Source: Phoronis australis
Taxonomy: Eukaryota > Animalia > Phoronida
DNA: 64,000 nucleotides
NCBI GenBank assembly: GCA_002633005.1
Contig: NMRA01000156.1
Span: 708,488 to 772,487 of the forward strand
Direction: 5' to 3'
Shown: positions 52,401 to 61,705 of the stretch, in pieces
Numbering within the stretch: the first letter of the stretch is position 1
How the letters are laid out: each line of letters begins with the position of its first letter
Notes under the pieces: generated by a model
What the model was told of the DNA's origin: nothing
The model's input: the letters and a program-made list of their open reading frames with translations, nothing else
The model's database searches: none
Made by a program: the position numbers and the translations under genes

Positions 52401-55283
52401 AAATCTTTGACCCACACAGGTGCATAAAAACAGTTAAAACCATTTCTAAATCAGAAATAATTTGTCAACTCACTTGGCGATCTTGTTCTGGTAGTCGTCT
52501 GTGCGTGACTTCATAGCTAGGTCCATTTCCTTCATCCCGCTATCATCCTTGCACAAGTGTGCCCCTTGCAGACGGTCACGGATCTCTGTTGCATTACATG
52601 GATCGGCAACATCCATGGCCGCTGCAGCTGCCTCCGGACCACAGGCAGCGCCCTCTTTCATGATTCGCCGTCGCTGAAGATCACCCTAGACGAAACCGGC
52701 AAATACTTTCGATGTTAAACTGTGCCTGGGACTTTCAAGATTATTCCAAGCTACAAAGCTGTGCCCAAGTAGCCCAGAGGTGGATGGTCTGGGTTCTCAA
52801 CAGAAAGTTACAGCCAGTAATCTCTGATTGCTGCAGTCATAGTAGCTGCATCCTTGAGCGACGAACATTCAAGCTGCTGAGGGTCCACTTACAGTCAAAA
52901 GACAAGCATTTAATTGAGACCACTTATTGGCTTCAAATTGCCCTTTACTAAGATTCAAAATGATGTCAGAAAATGCATTTTCTAAAAAGAAAGTGGTTGC
53001 TGTGGAACTTTTCATTGGACAGCAGCAACCATCCAACATCGGCAAAACTTTGATGAAAAATTTCGGATTCTTTCCAAACGTTATCTTTAGTCAGCTTTCC
53101 CTCTAGGTGTCGCCAAAACTTTTGGAAAACTTTTTTTTGAAAACTACCCTTAGGAAGACCGATAGAACTGTGCATAGGCGTAGAAAGATTTTCTTTTGCA
53201 GAGGGGTGAAACACATGAGAGCACAAACCCATGATTAACACAATCAATTGGCATCTAAAATTTCTCGCTCCAACTTAAAAAAAAATTATGTCAAGGCCAC
53301 CAAAACCCACTGCCTCCTGAAGACGCCCCATGCCTCAGTACAAAATGTGAACAAAATAAAAAGCTTATAATTTGACACAGTATGTGACGTACATAACCTC
53401 TGACTTTGAGCGAACACAAAGCGGGGTGGCAAAATGATACAGGGGTAGTTCAAGGTCACTCACCAGAGGCGTACAGAGGATGTCTTCCACACCGAGAGAG
53501 AAACCTCGAATCTGCAGAAAGATGGTGAAGAGCCGAGCCAAGCATGTGAGAAGCTGGCCTGCCATTCTACCACCATAGACCTAGCGGGTAGACACATATT
53601 GGCAAGATTTATCAGACAGCAAACCATACACAAGTAGCCTTATTCAGGCCGCTAGCAAGCAGACAGCATCATGTAGACTGATATACAATCAGGTTTCAGA
53701 CTAAATCGACAAGGGAAATTCATTTTTCCATCCAAAAAAGCGGCAAATACCTGCAGAAATTTACGACAACTGCGATTCCTGATGTCTTCTTCAGTACTTT
53801 CAAGGTGGCGCTGTACACACCTAGCACTGTATGCACTGAGGAAGACATTGAAGGAAGGGCAGATGTCGAAAACTTATGCAGGTATTTACCACCTTTTTAA
53901 ATACAGAAAATGAATTTCCTTGTGTCGATTGTTATTCACCATCCAGATGAAACTGTTTGAAGACATTTAGACTATACTGACTTCCTTATTTGAAAGTTTA
54001 CAGTTATTAGACTGGACACTTATTACATTACTTTAATTCGCACTTTATACAAGAGCACCACAAAGTTTTGGTAAGCACCCACATCGTAATTGGTACGCTC
54101 TCAGAAGAAGTTTCATGCAATAAAATAATGCACAAGTTGGCCACAAGTGGTAGGTAGTCAAGGCAAACAACTGCCGGTGTCCCATAGAGTGACATGCCGA
54201 ACACCCTTATGCCAAATTCCATTGTACAGCTTAGCGGCATGAAAGCACCCAGGTAAATCACTACAACTATAAGATTTCTTGCTGCGCCTAACGAATGACA
54301 AGCATAATGAAATTGACTAAAGATGTTTACGTTGTGCTAACTGTCCTACCTCATAACAACAATGGACCAACCCATAGGGTGTCGAACCATAGTGCGCCTT
54401 GTCCAGGACCCCGCACAGCAGCTCCCCCTGCCGGATGATCACCTGACTCTCACCCATGTTCTCGCCTTGTAAGGGGCTGCCTCCATAAATGCAGGGCCTA
54501 GCCTCCGACTTTATCCAGCTCTGCGGGTTAGTCACATAACGTTATCAGGGCGCCACCAAGACGGTTTCCATGTGCACCAAACCATTGATTCAGGTACCCA
54601 AGAGGTCAAGAACTGGGTACCTGGTTTGCATTGCATCCAAAGCTACACAAAGCTCGATGGAATTTGATAAAATTCACCGACTTTTGAAAACTTTCTTGGC
54701 ATCTTGTCAAAAATGAAAATGACAAAAGAGGGAAGCCACTGAAAGTGGTTCTATTTCTGGTAATCCCTCACGCAATAGTGGGTCAATTAAAGAATTCTTA
54801 TCAGCGCTTTCGACAACAGTTAATAAGCACAGCATTTGAAAGTTAAGACAGACATTTGTGAGATATGACGTTACAATGTTAGCCCGCACTTTTCAATGGC
54901 ACCACATAATCTTAAACCAAATGTTTGCATGTTACATCAAAACGAACCATGATCATTGATGAGGCTACAAAACTAACCTAAGCTATGTGTCCTAACGGGC
55001 TTCTATTCTCCAACAATGGCAAAATAATTCAAATGTCTCCAGATAAGGTTGAAAAATAGATAGTCAAATGCAAATGATGTCATCGTGTTTGTGGAAAAAC
55101 TTAAAAACTTGTGAAAACTCGGTAAAAACACCCAAGGACTCAGCAAATCTGAACTTGGTCAAGTGACGAGTTACAAAATGTTAATGGCCAACAACTCACC
55201 TTCCCAGGAACTTTTGCTTTTCCCTCCAGATTCAGCGCCGACTTGTGGCTTGGTATAAGATTGAGCAGAACAGTAGACACCAC
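19335..55283 (-). CDS. POLR1A: DNA-directed RNA polymerase I largest subunit RPA1, 3' part of spliced gene; 5' exons lie beyond the window
   Basis: 19 phase-consistent exons encoding [134 protein letters not shown] and SPSARIVAG...GTGCFDL*. These are the Pol I variants of the conserved regions. Confidence 0.97.
19750..19942 (-). CDS. POLR1A: POLR1A exon ([29 protein letters not shown]...SFETT...ATLS)
   Basis: gttcag acceptor, GTAAG donor. Confidence 0.96.
20552..20662 (-). CDS. POLR1A: POLR1A exon ([37 protein letters not shown])
   Basis: ttccaag (AAG) acceptor, GTGAG donor; SNDI...YGIEAA motif. Confidence 0.94.
20832..20962. repeat. ~65-bp tandem duplication
   Basis: ATAATTTTT..ACACAATC.TGAT.ATTTATATGATTTTTATCACTGAGCAA.GATAAATGATCAGA twice. 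Confidence 0.85.
21215..21382 (-). CDS. POLR1A: POLR1A exon ([10 protein letters not shown]...PGIARCFL...LKTEGVNMM)
   Basis: ttacag acceptor, GTGAG donor. Confidence 0.93.
21470..21700. repeat. Diverged ~30-bp tandem repeat
   Basis: Recurrent AAAGCTATTGTGATTGGACGAGTGGTTAA. Confidence 0.65.
22070..22150 (-). CDS. POLR1A: POLR1A exon ([27 protein letters not shown])
   Basis: ggcag acceptor, GTGAG donor; YxYD...WCEV motif. Confidence 0.9.
22315..22460 (-). CDS. POLR1A: POLR1A exon ([11 protein letters not shown]...DATRLN)
   Basis: ctgcag acceptor, GTGAG donor, phase 1/0. Confidence 0.85.
23253..23476 (-). CDS. POLR1A: POLR1A exon, acidic expander region ([11 protein letters not shown]...DGDAAATK...[10 protein letters not shown]...ES)
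   Basis: ttacag acceptor, GTGAG donor, phase 2/1. Confidence 0.88.
24107..24152 (+). ncRNA. Hammerhead ribozyme-like motif (Penelope-type remnant)
   Basis: CTGATGA at 24114, stem GGTTT/AAACC, GAAA at 24141 followed by palindromic AAATTT; helix I imperfect. Confidence 0.55.
24536..25372 (+). mobile_element. Non-autonomous Helentron-type element (HINE/DINE-1-like), copy 1
   Basis: Starts CAAGAGCAACGC...GAAATGTGCCCAC; internal ~150-bp subrepeats; (GGAC)n microsatellite; 3' hairpin ending GTGGGCGCATAAAAA, inverted to the 5' subterminal repeat. Confidence 0.75.
27434..28273. mobile_element. PIF/Harbinger (Tourist)-type MITE, 840 bp
   Basis: TIR GGGCTGTTCCAG(T/C)AAAATC(C/T)GT...; TTA duplicated on both sides. 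Confidence 0.85.
28582..28799 (-). CDS. POLR1A: POLR1A exon ([11 protein letters not shown]...DTASER)
   Basis: ttctag acceptor, GTATG donor, phase 0/2. Confidence 0.9.
29419..29637 (-). CDS. POLR1A: POLR1A exon, trigger loop ([18 protein letters not shown]...RVFLSQ)
   Basis: cttcag acceptor, GTGAG donor. Confidence 0.96.
30395..31272. mobile_element. Second, inverted copy of the same MITE, interrupted by an assembly gap
   Basis: 30395-30736 is nearly the exact reverse complement of ~27932-28273; TTA TSD on both sides. Confidence 0.85.
30737..31210. other. Assembly gap (474 N)
   Basis: Run of N. Confidence 1.
31903..32034 (-). CDS. POLR1A: POLR1A exon (LLQPDG...[16 protein letters not shown])
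   Basis: tttcag acceptor (an in-frame alternative acceptor would start the exon at 32025), GTATG donor. Confidence 0.92.
33499..33628 (-). CDS. POLR1A: POLR1A exon ([14 protein letters not shown]...GAISE...NPDK)
   Basis: ttttag acceptor, GTGGG donor, phase 2/0. Confidence 0.88.
35735..36161. repeat. Foldback element containing two minisatellites: ~20-bp CATGGGTGTATGGTACACT units and 20-bp ACAGCACAACTCTAGCCACT units
   Basis: Arrays at ~35738-35890 and ~35957-36080; inverted arms 35735-35760/36137-36161 and 35917-35943/36088-36116. Confidence 0.85.
36204..38476. mobile_element. Same hAT-like family, 6-bp TSD (AAATTG), with a nested insertion at ~36759-38387
   Basis: Identical TIRs; 36204-36680 aligns to 13930-14390; the nested piece has inverted ends ACCGTATTTATCCACCTT/AAGGTGGATAAATGCAGT. 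Confidence 0.78.
39609..41493 (+). mobile_element. HINE-like element, copy 2 (longer, more diverged internal array)
   Basis: Same termini; about 13 subrepeats with GCCACTAG-type cores. Confidence 0.72.
41679..41848 (-). CDS. POLR1A: POLR1A exon ([23 protein letters not shown]...VQKER)
   Basis: tccag acceptor, GTATG donor, phase 0/2. Confidence 0.88.
41927..42301. mobile_element. Foldback/TIR element enclosing the tRNA-like sequence
   Basis: Inverted arms TACACACCATCTGTTGGTCACATCATATGAC vs GTCACATGATGTGACTAATAGATGGCGTGTA, and GAAAAGATTTCTGTCC vs GGACACAAATCTTTTC. Confidence 0.65.
42049..42122 (-). pseudogene. tRNA-like cloverleaf (anticodon position GGT) inside a foldback element
   Basis: Acceptor GTCTCAG/CTGGGAC, D stem GCTC/GAGC, T arm CTGGG-TTCAAGT-CCCAG, A and B boxes present; anticodon stem mispaired. 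Confidence 0.7.
42749..42913 (-). CDS. POLR1A: POLR1A exon ([16 protein letters not shown]...LKLQKQ)
   Basis: tag acceptor, GTGAC donor; YGEDG motif. Confidence 0.93.
43590..43762. repeat. ~65-bp diverged tandem repeat, about 2.5 copies
   Basis: Recurrent CTGCGACTT..ATAACTA.TTCTG.AAGTTGATT. Confidence 0.7.
43870..43998 (-). CDS. POLR1A: POLR1A exon, bridge helix ([25 protein letters not shown]...GSVVQ)
   Basis: ttgcag acceptor, GTACG donor. Confidence 0.96.
44436..44490 (+). mobile_element. tRNA-derived SINE head fragment
   Basis: B box GGTCGCGAGTTCGAGTCCC followed by CCCTTGAG. Confidence 0.45.
47421..47505 (-). CDS. POLR1A: POLR1A exon ([29 protein letters not shown])
   Basis: ttgcag acceptor, GTAGG donor; SGAKGS motif. 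Confidence 0.95.
48488..49915. mobile_element. Tc1/mariner-pogo-like non-autonomous remnant sharing ~480 bp with 37680-38165
   Basis: TACTGTATTCGCC-TAATAAGCGACC...ATAAGCGCCCCCC start; 49415-49905 aligns with 37676-38165; boundaries approximate. Confidence 0.5.
50009..51543 (+). mobile_element. HINE-like element, copy 3
   Basis: AAACAAGAGCAACGCAGAGCGTTGAAATGCGCCCAC start; ~450-bp trimeric repeat; (GGAC)n; hairpin ATGCGTCCACAT-ATAAAT-ATGTGGGCGCAT. Confidence 0.78.
52474..52685 (-). CDS. POLR1A: POLR1A exon ([16 protein letters not shown]...YQNKIA)
   Basis: tctag acceptor, GTGAG donor, phase 0/2. Confidence 0.9.
53464..53580 (-). CDS. POLR1A: POLR1A exon ([39 protein letters not shown])
   Basis: tag acceptor, GTGAG donor. 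Confidence 0.93.
53832..53880 (+). ncRNA. Minimal type I hammerhead ribozyme motif (Penelope-type)
   Basis: TGCA-CTGAGGA-A-GACAT...ATGTC-GAAA-ACTTA-TGCA; intact CUGANGA/GAAA core with helices I and II; inverted degenerate copy at 53752-53798. Confidence 0.7.
54350..54520 (-). CDS. POLR1A: POLR1A exon (SWIKSE...[34 protein letters not shown])
   Basis: Within ORF 54317..54535; cag acceptor, GTAGG donor. Confidence 0.93.
55200..55283 (-). CDS. POLR1A: POLR1A exon ([28 protein letters not shown])
   Basis: tttcag acceptor, GTGAG donor, phase 0/0. Confidence 0.9.
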
Positions 55284-56303
55284 CTGAAATGAAAGAAAAT
55301 TAGCGCTTCAAGCAAAGAGAACAGATCACTCAATGAGCACTAGCACCACGATCCATGATTCAATCTGCGAAAACAAATTCACAGTAGGGGGCACCACAGT
55401 AGCCACATCAACCCAAAGATCAATGAAAAGCATGCAGTCCTCAATAGTAGCAGTACTCCTCACCATGAACACCTCTGCCAACTTTCATCGAAGGGTTTTG
55501 CAAATTTATACAAGGGCAGACAACAAAATAAGTGCACCAAGCAAAATTTCAATTTTTTAGTTAAGGCAAAAATCTTTCAGTTCGGGACAATGTAAATTGT
55601 TTTTCTCTAGATCACTGCATGTCCCAAAATTTCAGAAACAAGCAGTATTGGCCATCCCAAATTCAAGAATTACGATCAACAACAAACAATAATTCACCTT
55701 GACGTTATACAATGAGAACATTGCATTGCGTCGGCAACAATTTTTGATGATTTTAAGAAATGCCATAAATGCCATGTCTACTTTAAGATTCTGCTGAAAT
55801 AAAACGTAGTGTCTGACATTGCAGAACTATGGATCAATGAATTTTGCTATTCAAAATTCTAAAGACGGTCCCAAGCTGGAGAATTTTCAACTTAATTCCA
55901 AGGTTATTTAATTCCAAGTTTATTTACAACTAAAGAGAATCTACATAAAACAATAAAGTACTGCTTACAGTAAATCTCACAAACTCCGGACACAATGTGA
56001 CCAACAAATGAAATTTTATTCGATCATTTTTTCATTAACAAACAAAAGCTTTCATTTTAAAGATCTATCCCATGACTACCACAAGACAATGATTCTGAGA
56101 AACTGATGTCACGCTGCACAACATCAGAAGCATTCGAAAAATCAAAAATGACCCATTTAGGTAACTGTTTTTGTCTGAAATTGGTGAGCTTTTAATGTAA
56201 CAATTTTTTTCTGCATTACCATTTCCTAACAGTGATTAAAACATTTGAATCTCGATGAAAATCACAATTAAATGACTCTTCAAAACGCAACATTTCCCTT
56301 TAA

Positions 56304-56813
56304 GCTCCTTTCATACTAACTTAACTCCGATACGAGCAGAGCATCGATGTAAACAGGAAGTTAATAATTGAATCATTCATACCACCTTCGGTAGTTAACG
56401 ACAATGAAGTAAACGGTAGGTGATGTTATCGATATAGTAGTAATTGCAAGGTAGCCTGATGCATAAGGTGTCATAGGTAGAATTTTTGTCCCGTACATGC
56501 TAAGATTTTTTCTAACGTGACAATTTGAGATCATTTGCATGTGGGAATTGACATAAAACTTACTTCTCATTCGAGTAGTGTTCATTTGAGCAAAATATTA
56601 GCAAAAATTTTAGTACGCCACTACCTTTTAATCTTTGATGACATAAGTGGTCCCTGGTGATAGCGTTGATGAGACTAAGGTTGACTGTTCATACCGCACC
56701 ACAGCATCATTTACAGTTTACTGTGAAGTTAACTGGCGCCATTAACTTTGATCCTATCATATTGACTGCAACTCCCCAAAATTTTGATGCGTCAACATTG
56801 GTATGAAAGGGCC
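56304..56813. mobile_element. Harbinger-like MITE, same family as 6235-6739
   Basis: GCTCCTTTCATACT...GGTATGAAAGGGCC, flanked by TAA/TTA. Confidence 0.6.
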
Positions 56814-57092
56814 TTACAGTCATGTGGCCTTTATTGACAGGTATGTGTATTTAGTCTATTTAGTCAAGTTTCTACAACACTATTAAAAGATTTTAACTTG
56901 GTAAAAGTACATATTTTCTGAAAATAGAAAGACAGTAGAATTTGATTTTTTGCCAAATGAATCTCTTATTAATTGGACCACATGGCCACGTCTCTTTAGT
57001 AAAACTAAGCAAATAAGGTTCATTGATAGCAAAACAACTGTACCAATAACATAGTAAAATTTTATTTCATAAAAATGTCAAGGTGAAATCTT

Positions 57093-57922
57093 AAAACAAG
57101 AGCAACGCAGAGCGTTGAAATGCGCCCACGAAAACATCGCAAATGGTGTGCTTTTAGGGTTGTTTGTATCATAAAAATGGCCACAAAATGGCGCAAAATC
57201 GTACAATCCATCCAAAAGCGGGAACATGCCATATTTCATAAAAATCTGTCAAAGAACTTCAGAGAAACAAAGGAAAGAAGAACAAAATGAATTTCCACTC
57301 GTGGGCACAGCGTCCGTTCGATCCGCCTGAAAGTTGTTGTCTGTTATCGTCATATAAATTCACTTACTAAATTTAATAAAGATCCTACAGTGGGAATTGG
57401 ATATGCAGCTAAGGGAGAAAAACAAAACAAAACTACCACTAGGAGGCACCACAGTAATCAGCCGCCATCATCAAACGCCTTCTTCACACTGAAAACATAT
57501 ACGCCAATTTTCAAAACCGTCCCTAGAACGGTTTGGTTGATAGAGGGGTGGACGCAAAAACAGTAAAAATGGCCACTAGGTGGTGCAAACTAAGTTGAAT
57601 CCATCCCAAAACGGCAGAACATCATCACCTCACTAACAGGTTCCTATATACCAAATTTTACAAAAATCCGTTCACGACTTTTGAAGATACAAAGGTAAGT
57701 GTAAAAGACTAAAATTGCCACTAGGTGGCACACCGGTAATCGAATCCGGTCGAAAGTTTGCTCATGCTGTCCCATCCATGGAAGGAACACATGTGCAACA
57801 TTCCATGAACATACATCCAGGCGTTTTGGAGATAGAGCAGCAGACACTGGACGCCGAACACTGGATGGACGGACAGAGATGATGGCATAATGCGTCCACA
57901 TGAATATGTGGGCGCATAAAAA
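57093..57922 (+). mobile_element. HINE-like element, copy 4
   Basis: Same termini and subrepeats as copy 1. Confidence 0.75.
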
Positions 57923-58043
57923 GCTATCTCTGTTTTCTAAAATGTTGTCTACTTTTTTGTTTTGTGCAACTTCAAATTTTTTTCACGAAAATCATTTACA
58001 AGTCCAGTTTTTGGTGCGATGTTTTAAAAACAATCCAATTACT

Positions 58044-58208
58044 TCTGAAAGTGTTTTGGAAAACAGTGCATAAGGTATACTATCTGGAAGTGTTTTGGAA
58101 AACAGTGCATAAGGTATACTATCTGAAAGCATTTTGGAAAACAGTGCATAAGGTATACTATCTGAAAGTGTTTTGGAAAACAGTGCATAAGGTATAGTAT
58201 CTGAAAGT
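58044..58208. repeat. 39-bp minisatellite, about 4.2 copies
   Basis: TCTGAAAGTGTTTTGGAAAACAGTGCATAAGGTATACTA at 58044, 58083, 58122, 58161. Confidence 0.95.
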
Positions 58209-58594
58209 TTCATACGAATCGGCCATTTCTGAGATATGATGTTCCTAAGTTAACCAAATTTGGACACTTTTTGAGGTCCTAAATAATCTTCAATTAAACC
58301 CAAATTATGAAGTAGGAGATGAGTATTATTTTCAATAACTGTGCAAACTAGCTGGTCTCTAGTCTGTTCTACTCATTTGATGTCTCTCATTACGAGCATG
58401 TACCCAAAAATAATCCTACAATGTAAATGCAGCCATTAGCCAACTACAATTCAGTCTTAATAATGTTGCGAGACACCCAGATGCTCAAACGAGATGAGTT
58501 AGTTTTCAGTTATTGCAGGACAACACCCCACTAATTGTTACCTAAGAACTGTACACGCCAGCTATCCATCAATCACCATGCTATTAGCATAAAG

Positions 58595-58634
58595 TGGGCG
58601 TCAACAAACGTGCAATCCACTGAGGATATATAAA
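58595..58634 (+). promoter_or_regulatory. Candidate core promoter of the nested GPCR (GC box, CAAT, TATA)
   Basis: TGGGCGT at 58595, CAAT at 58613, TATATAAA at 58627-58634, about 70 nt upstream of an ATG in good context (aaaatcATGG). Confidence 0.55.
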
Positions 58635-58701
58635 GATCACAGGAGACATCTACCCTAGTCTTAACGGAAAAACCACTGCCAATAAGACTAAAACTAAAAT
58701 C

Positions 58702-59856
58702 ATGGACAATTTTAGTATCATCAGTGAAAATAGTCTGGAATTAGCTGGCACACATAGGAACTCTACAATACTGAAGACGGCATGCCTGTGTATTGAAGCA
58801 GTGTGGACGCTCGTTGTCGACATGTACATCGCTGCACTCATAGCCTTCACGCCTCAGCTGCGAACTCGGGGCTACGTGCTCTTGCTTTTCTACCTTCTGA
58901 TGGATGTTTTGTCTAGCCTGATGATGGCACTGCCAGCAGTACTGACAGAAGTAGGTAATATAGTCATCACCCCTGGTACCATGAGCTGTCAAATACTGGC
59001 CAACGCAAGATTCTATTTAGGGTGTACATCACTGTGCCTCCTGGCTGCTATATCTTTTGAAAAGTATTGGAAGATCAGTCGCAATACACATGGTGACATC
59101 TTCAGTCACAAGATGACAATAGTGGTAACAACGGCTTCCTTAGTACTGCCATTAATAATTTGCGTACCAGCGGGAAATCTACTTAAATCACGACTGGATG
59201 TCCTAGGCGTGTGCTCATTGAATAGTTCACCACAGGCTTCATATTTCTTTGTGACGGCTTCGATCTCATTTTTCATTCTGACACTGACAATAATCGCGAG
59301 TCACTTCAGAATCTTCCACCTAACACTGTCCCACTATCACAATCTGCTACGGCTGCGAGCAAATCGAACTACCAGGCTTAGATCACTGTCTGAACAGCTG
59401 TCTCGTGAAACTTCCCTCGATAACAAGAATTCACATCCAAGTCAACTAAAACATAACCAAAGGACAAACTCCTCTACCACAGGTGACTGCGACACCCATC
59501 AGAAACGAAACTCTCATGCAACGAAATTCTTTGGCAGTGACAACTTCCAGCAATGGTTAATTCACAGAGCTAGATGCCCAATAACCGGTATCTTTCACAG
59601 AAGGCGCACTAGGTTGGGAAAGATCTGTCGCAGCCTTTGCGTCTGCTTCTCCATTCCGCTAATGTTTATTTTCACTATGTTCCCGGCGGTAATATGGTAC
59701 TGTGGTTACCAAGACAACAGCGACTTCGAACTTGCATCGATGATACTGTTGATGACGCAGATGGCTCTGAACCCAGTATTGCATGTGGTGAACAACAATA
59801 AATTGCAGACGTGTCTAATCCAGAAGATACTGTGCAGGTCTGTCCAGACATCGTAA
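58702..59856 (+). CDS. Intronless orphan rhodopsin-like (class A) GPCR, 384 aa, nested antisense in a POLR1A intron
   Basis: About seven hydrophobic segments; N-terminal N-glycosylation sequons (NFS, NST); QLRT in ICL1; TM2 LLMD; TM3 Cys and SL..LAAISFEKY (DRY variant); ECL2 Cys; long ICL3; TM6 MFP; TM7 LNPVLH (NPxxY variant); helix 8 with Cys. Confidence 0.88.
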   Translation: MDNFSIISENSLELAGTHRNSTILKTACLCIEAVWTLVVDMYIAALIAFTPQLRTRGYVLLLFYLLMDVLSSLMMALPAVLTEVGNIVITPGTMSCQILANARFYLGCTSLCLLAAISFEKYWKISRNTHGDIFSHKMTIVVTTASLVLPLIICVPAGNLLKSRLDVLGVCSLNSSPQASYFFVTASISFFILTLTIIASHFRIFHLTLSHYHNLLRLRANRTTRLRSLSEQLSRETSLDNKNSHPSQLKHNQRTNSSTTGDCDTHQKRNSHATKFFGSDNFQQWLIHRARCPITGIFHRRRTRLGKICRSLCVCFSIPLMFIFTMFPAVIWYCGYQDNSDFELASMILLMTQMALNPVLHVVNNNKLQTCLIQKILCRSVQTS

Positions 59857-60273
59857 TGGCCAACTCGAAAATCACTAGGTGACCCAAGTGAGACAACATA
59901 TCTAGGTAATATGTAAATGCATGTATTCGGAGTCACATTGAGCACCTAGCCAACAGAAGCCCTCATGCTGTCAGATGTCAAAAAGAGCGACCCTTATTCA
60001 TTAACAAACACGCAAATATTCAGAGGCCTAATCTGTCGGCAGCGGTAAATGCGAGTAGAAGTAACAACAGAAAATTATGTTGGCAACGACATGGCCCAAT
60101 GTAGATCAGCTGCCAGTCGAACAGATAATGAGCAAAGGAACTGCAAAACAGACTTGAAAAAGAAATTGTGCACGCACTTTCAGCACTGAGAGCTAGCGCC
60201 ATCATTGTGGTCATAGTGAAGACACTTGGCTCACGCTTAAATTGAACGAACGGTTGGGTCACAGCAGGCTGTC

Positions 60274-60428
60274 ACTAGACTGTTGAATTGCCATGACTAG
60301 ACTGTTGTATTACCATGACTAGACTGTTGAATTGCCATGACTAGACTGTTGTATTACTATGACTAGACTGTTGTATTAATATGACTAGACTGTTGTATTA
60401 CTATGACTAGACTGTTGTATTACTATGA
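60274..60428. repeat. 22-bp minisatellite, about 7 copies
   Basis: ACTAGACTGTTG(A/T)ATT(G/A)C(C/T)ATG units. Confidence 0.95.
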
Positions 60429-61478
60429 TGCCGTATATAGCTCACTTTCATAATGTTCTAGCCTCCTTAGATGGCCTCAATTTGTTTCTGAGGATGTTAG
60501 GCACATCGAAATATGTTAAGACTTAATCATCACGTTATTTTTCTTCACACGGTCATTACGTTGGGACAAATACTTCAGCGAATCTTTTTACAGGAAGACA
60601 GAAGCTAATCAGTGCCATCCCAGGAATTTGTTAGATATCTGCCACTTGGTGACTTAACATTAGATTTATCTGCTAGCTGTATAGACTTCCCAAAATCGAT
60701 TGCTCAAACATTTTTGTTTATCTGTAAAAAAGGTCCATAGTAAGACCTCTTTTACTTTTTGCATGCACTGGAAGAAATAAAACACTATGATGAAAATATT
60801 CTTCTAGTTTTCCACATTCTTTTCTACTTTAATTTCATGTTCATATATCCAACTGGGCCCTTTTAGAAATTGTGCAGTCCCAAGTCTTAAATTAATATTT
60901 GAGGGAGTTCAGATGTTTTTAAATTTCAATTTAAAGAGGTCGATTCACAGCTATTTATTTGTAGTTAATATGTATACACATGTGCTGACTGTTAATAAAG
61001 ATTGCTTATAAACCACATTTCTTTTTATTTCATATCCTATATTCTTCTATTATTCATGTAAAACACGCTCCCACTTCCCCACAAAATTTCGAGAACAGAA
61101 AATTTTCAACTTCGGCTATCTTCGGAATCACGTCACGTCCGGAAGCGGACCCGATCACTGCCGAGTCTGTCCATAGGTTTGTATTGGGACTATCTGGCAC
61201 AAATGGAAGCTTTCTGTTTGTTAGAATGGGTTTATTATGCAACTTTTGCCAATTAATTCTCTGAAATGTGACACATATGCACATGGTCTTGAGCGTTGCC
61301 ATAAACATTTCACAGTAGTTAGCAATGAGTCCTCAATAAAGTGTTCGAGTACAACCGCACGTCTTTCGCACTGTCTGTCTACGCACGACGTATCACTGTT
61401 GTTGTGTGCCAATGGGAATACTTATTTCCACATTTAACACATTTTTATACTTCAACTCGATTAAAAATTTGAAGAACA

Positions 61479-61705
61479 ATGCCGGACTGTTGTGTGATTG
61501 GAGGCTGTGACAATGTGTCAGGGTCTGGGGTGTCATTATATAGGTTTTCCACTAACCCCAAACTGCGTCGCAGGTGGTAAGACTTTGTGAGGTCCACGAG
61601 AGAATTTAGTGGAGCGTCGCCGTATTCGGTGATATGGAGTAAACATCTTTCTGAAGACTGTTTCGAGGTCGACAGCCTGCAATCGCCGTATGGTTGGAAA
61701 CCAAG
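61479..61705 (+). pseudogene. THAP zinc-finger domain pseudo-exon (transposase N-terminus)
   Basis: MPDCCVIGGCDNVSGSGVSLYRFSTNPKLRRRW*DFVRSTREFSGASPYSVIWSKHLSEDCF...KP then GTAAG donor; THAP pattern with an in-frame TAA at 61578 and CSxHF changed to WSKHL. Confidence 0.85.

Noticed and set aside
58702-59856. Opsin identity for the nested GPCR
   Set aside because: The residue six before the TM7 Asn (the retinal-binding Lys position) is Met, and no other opsin signature is visible.
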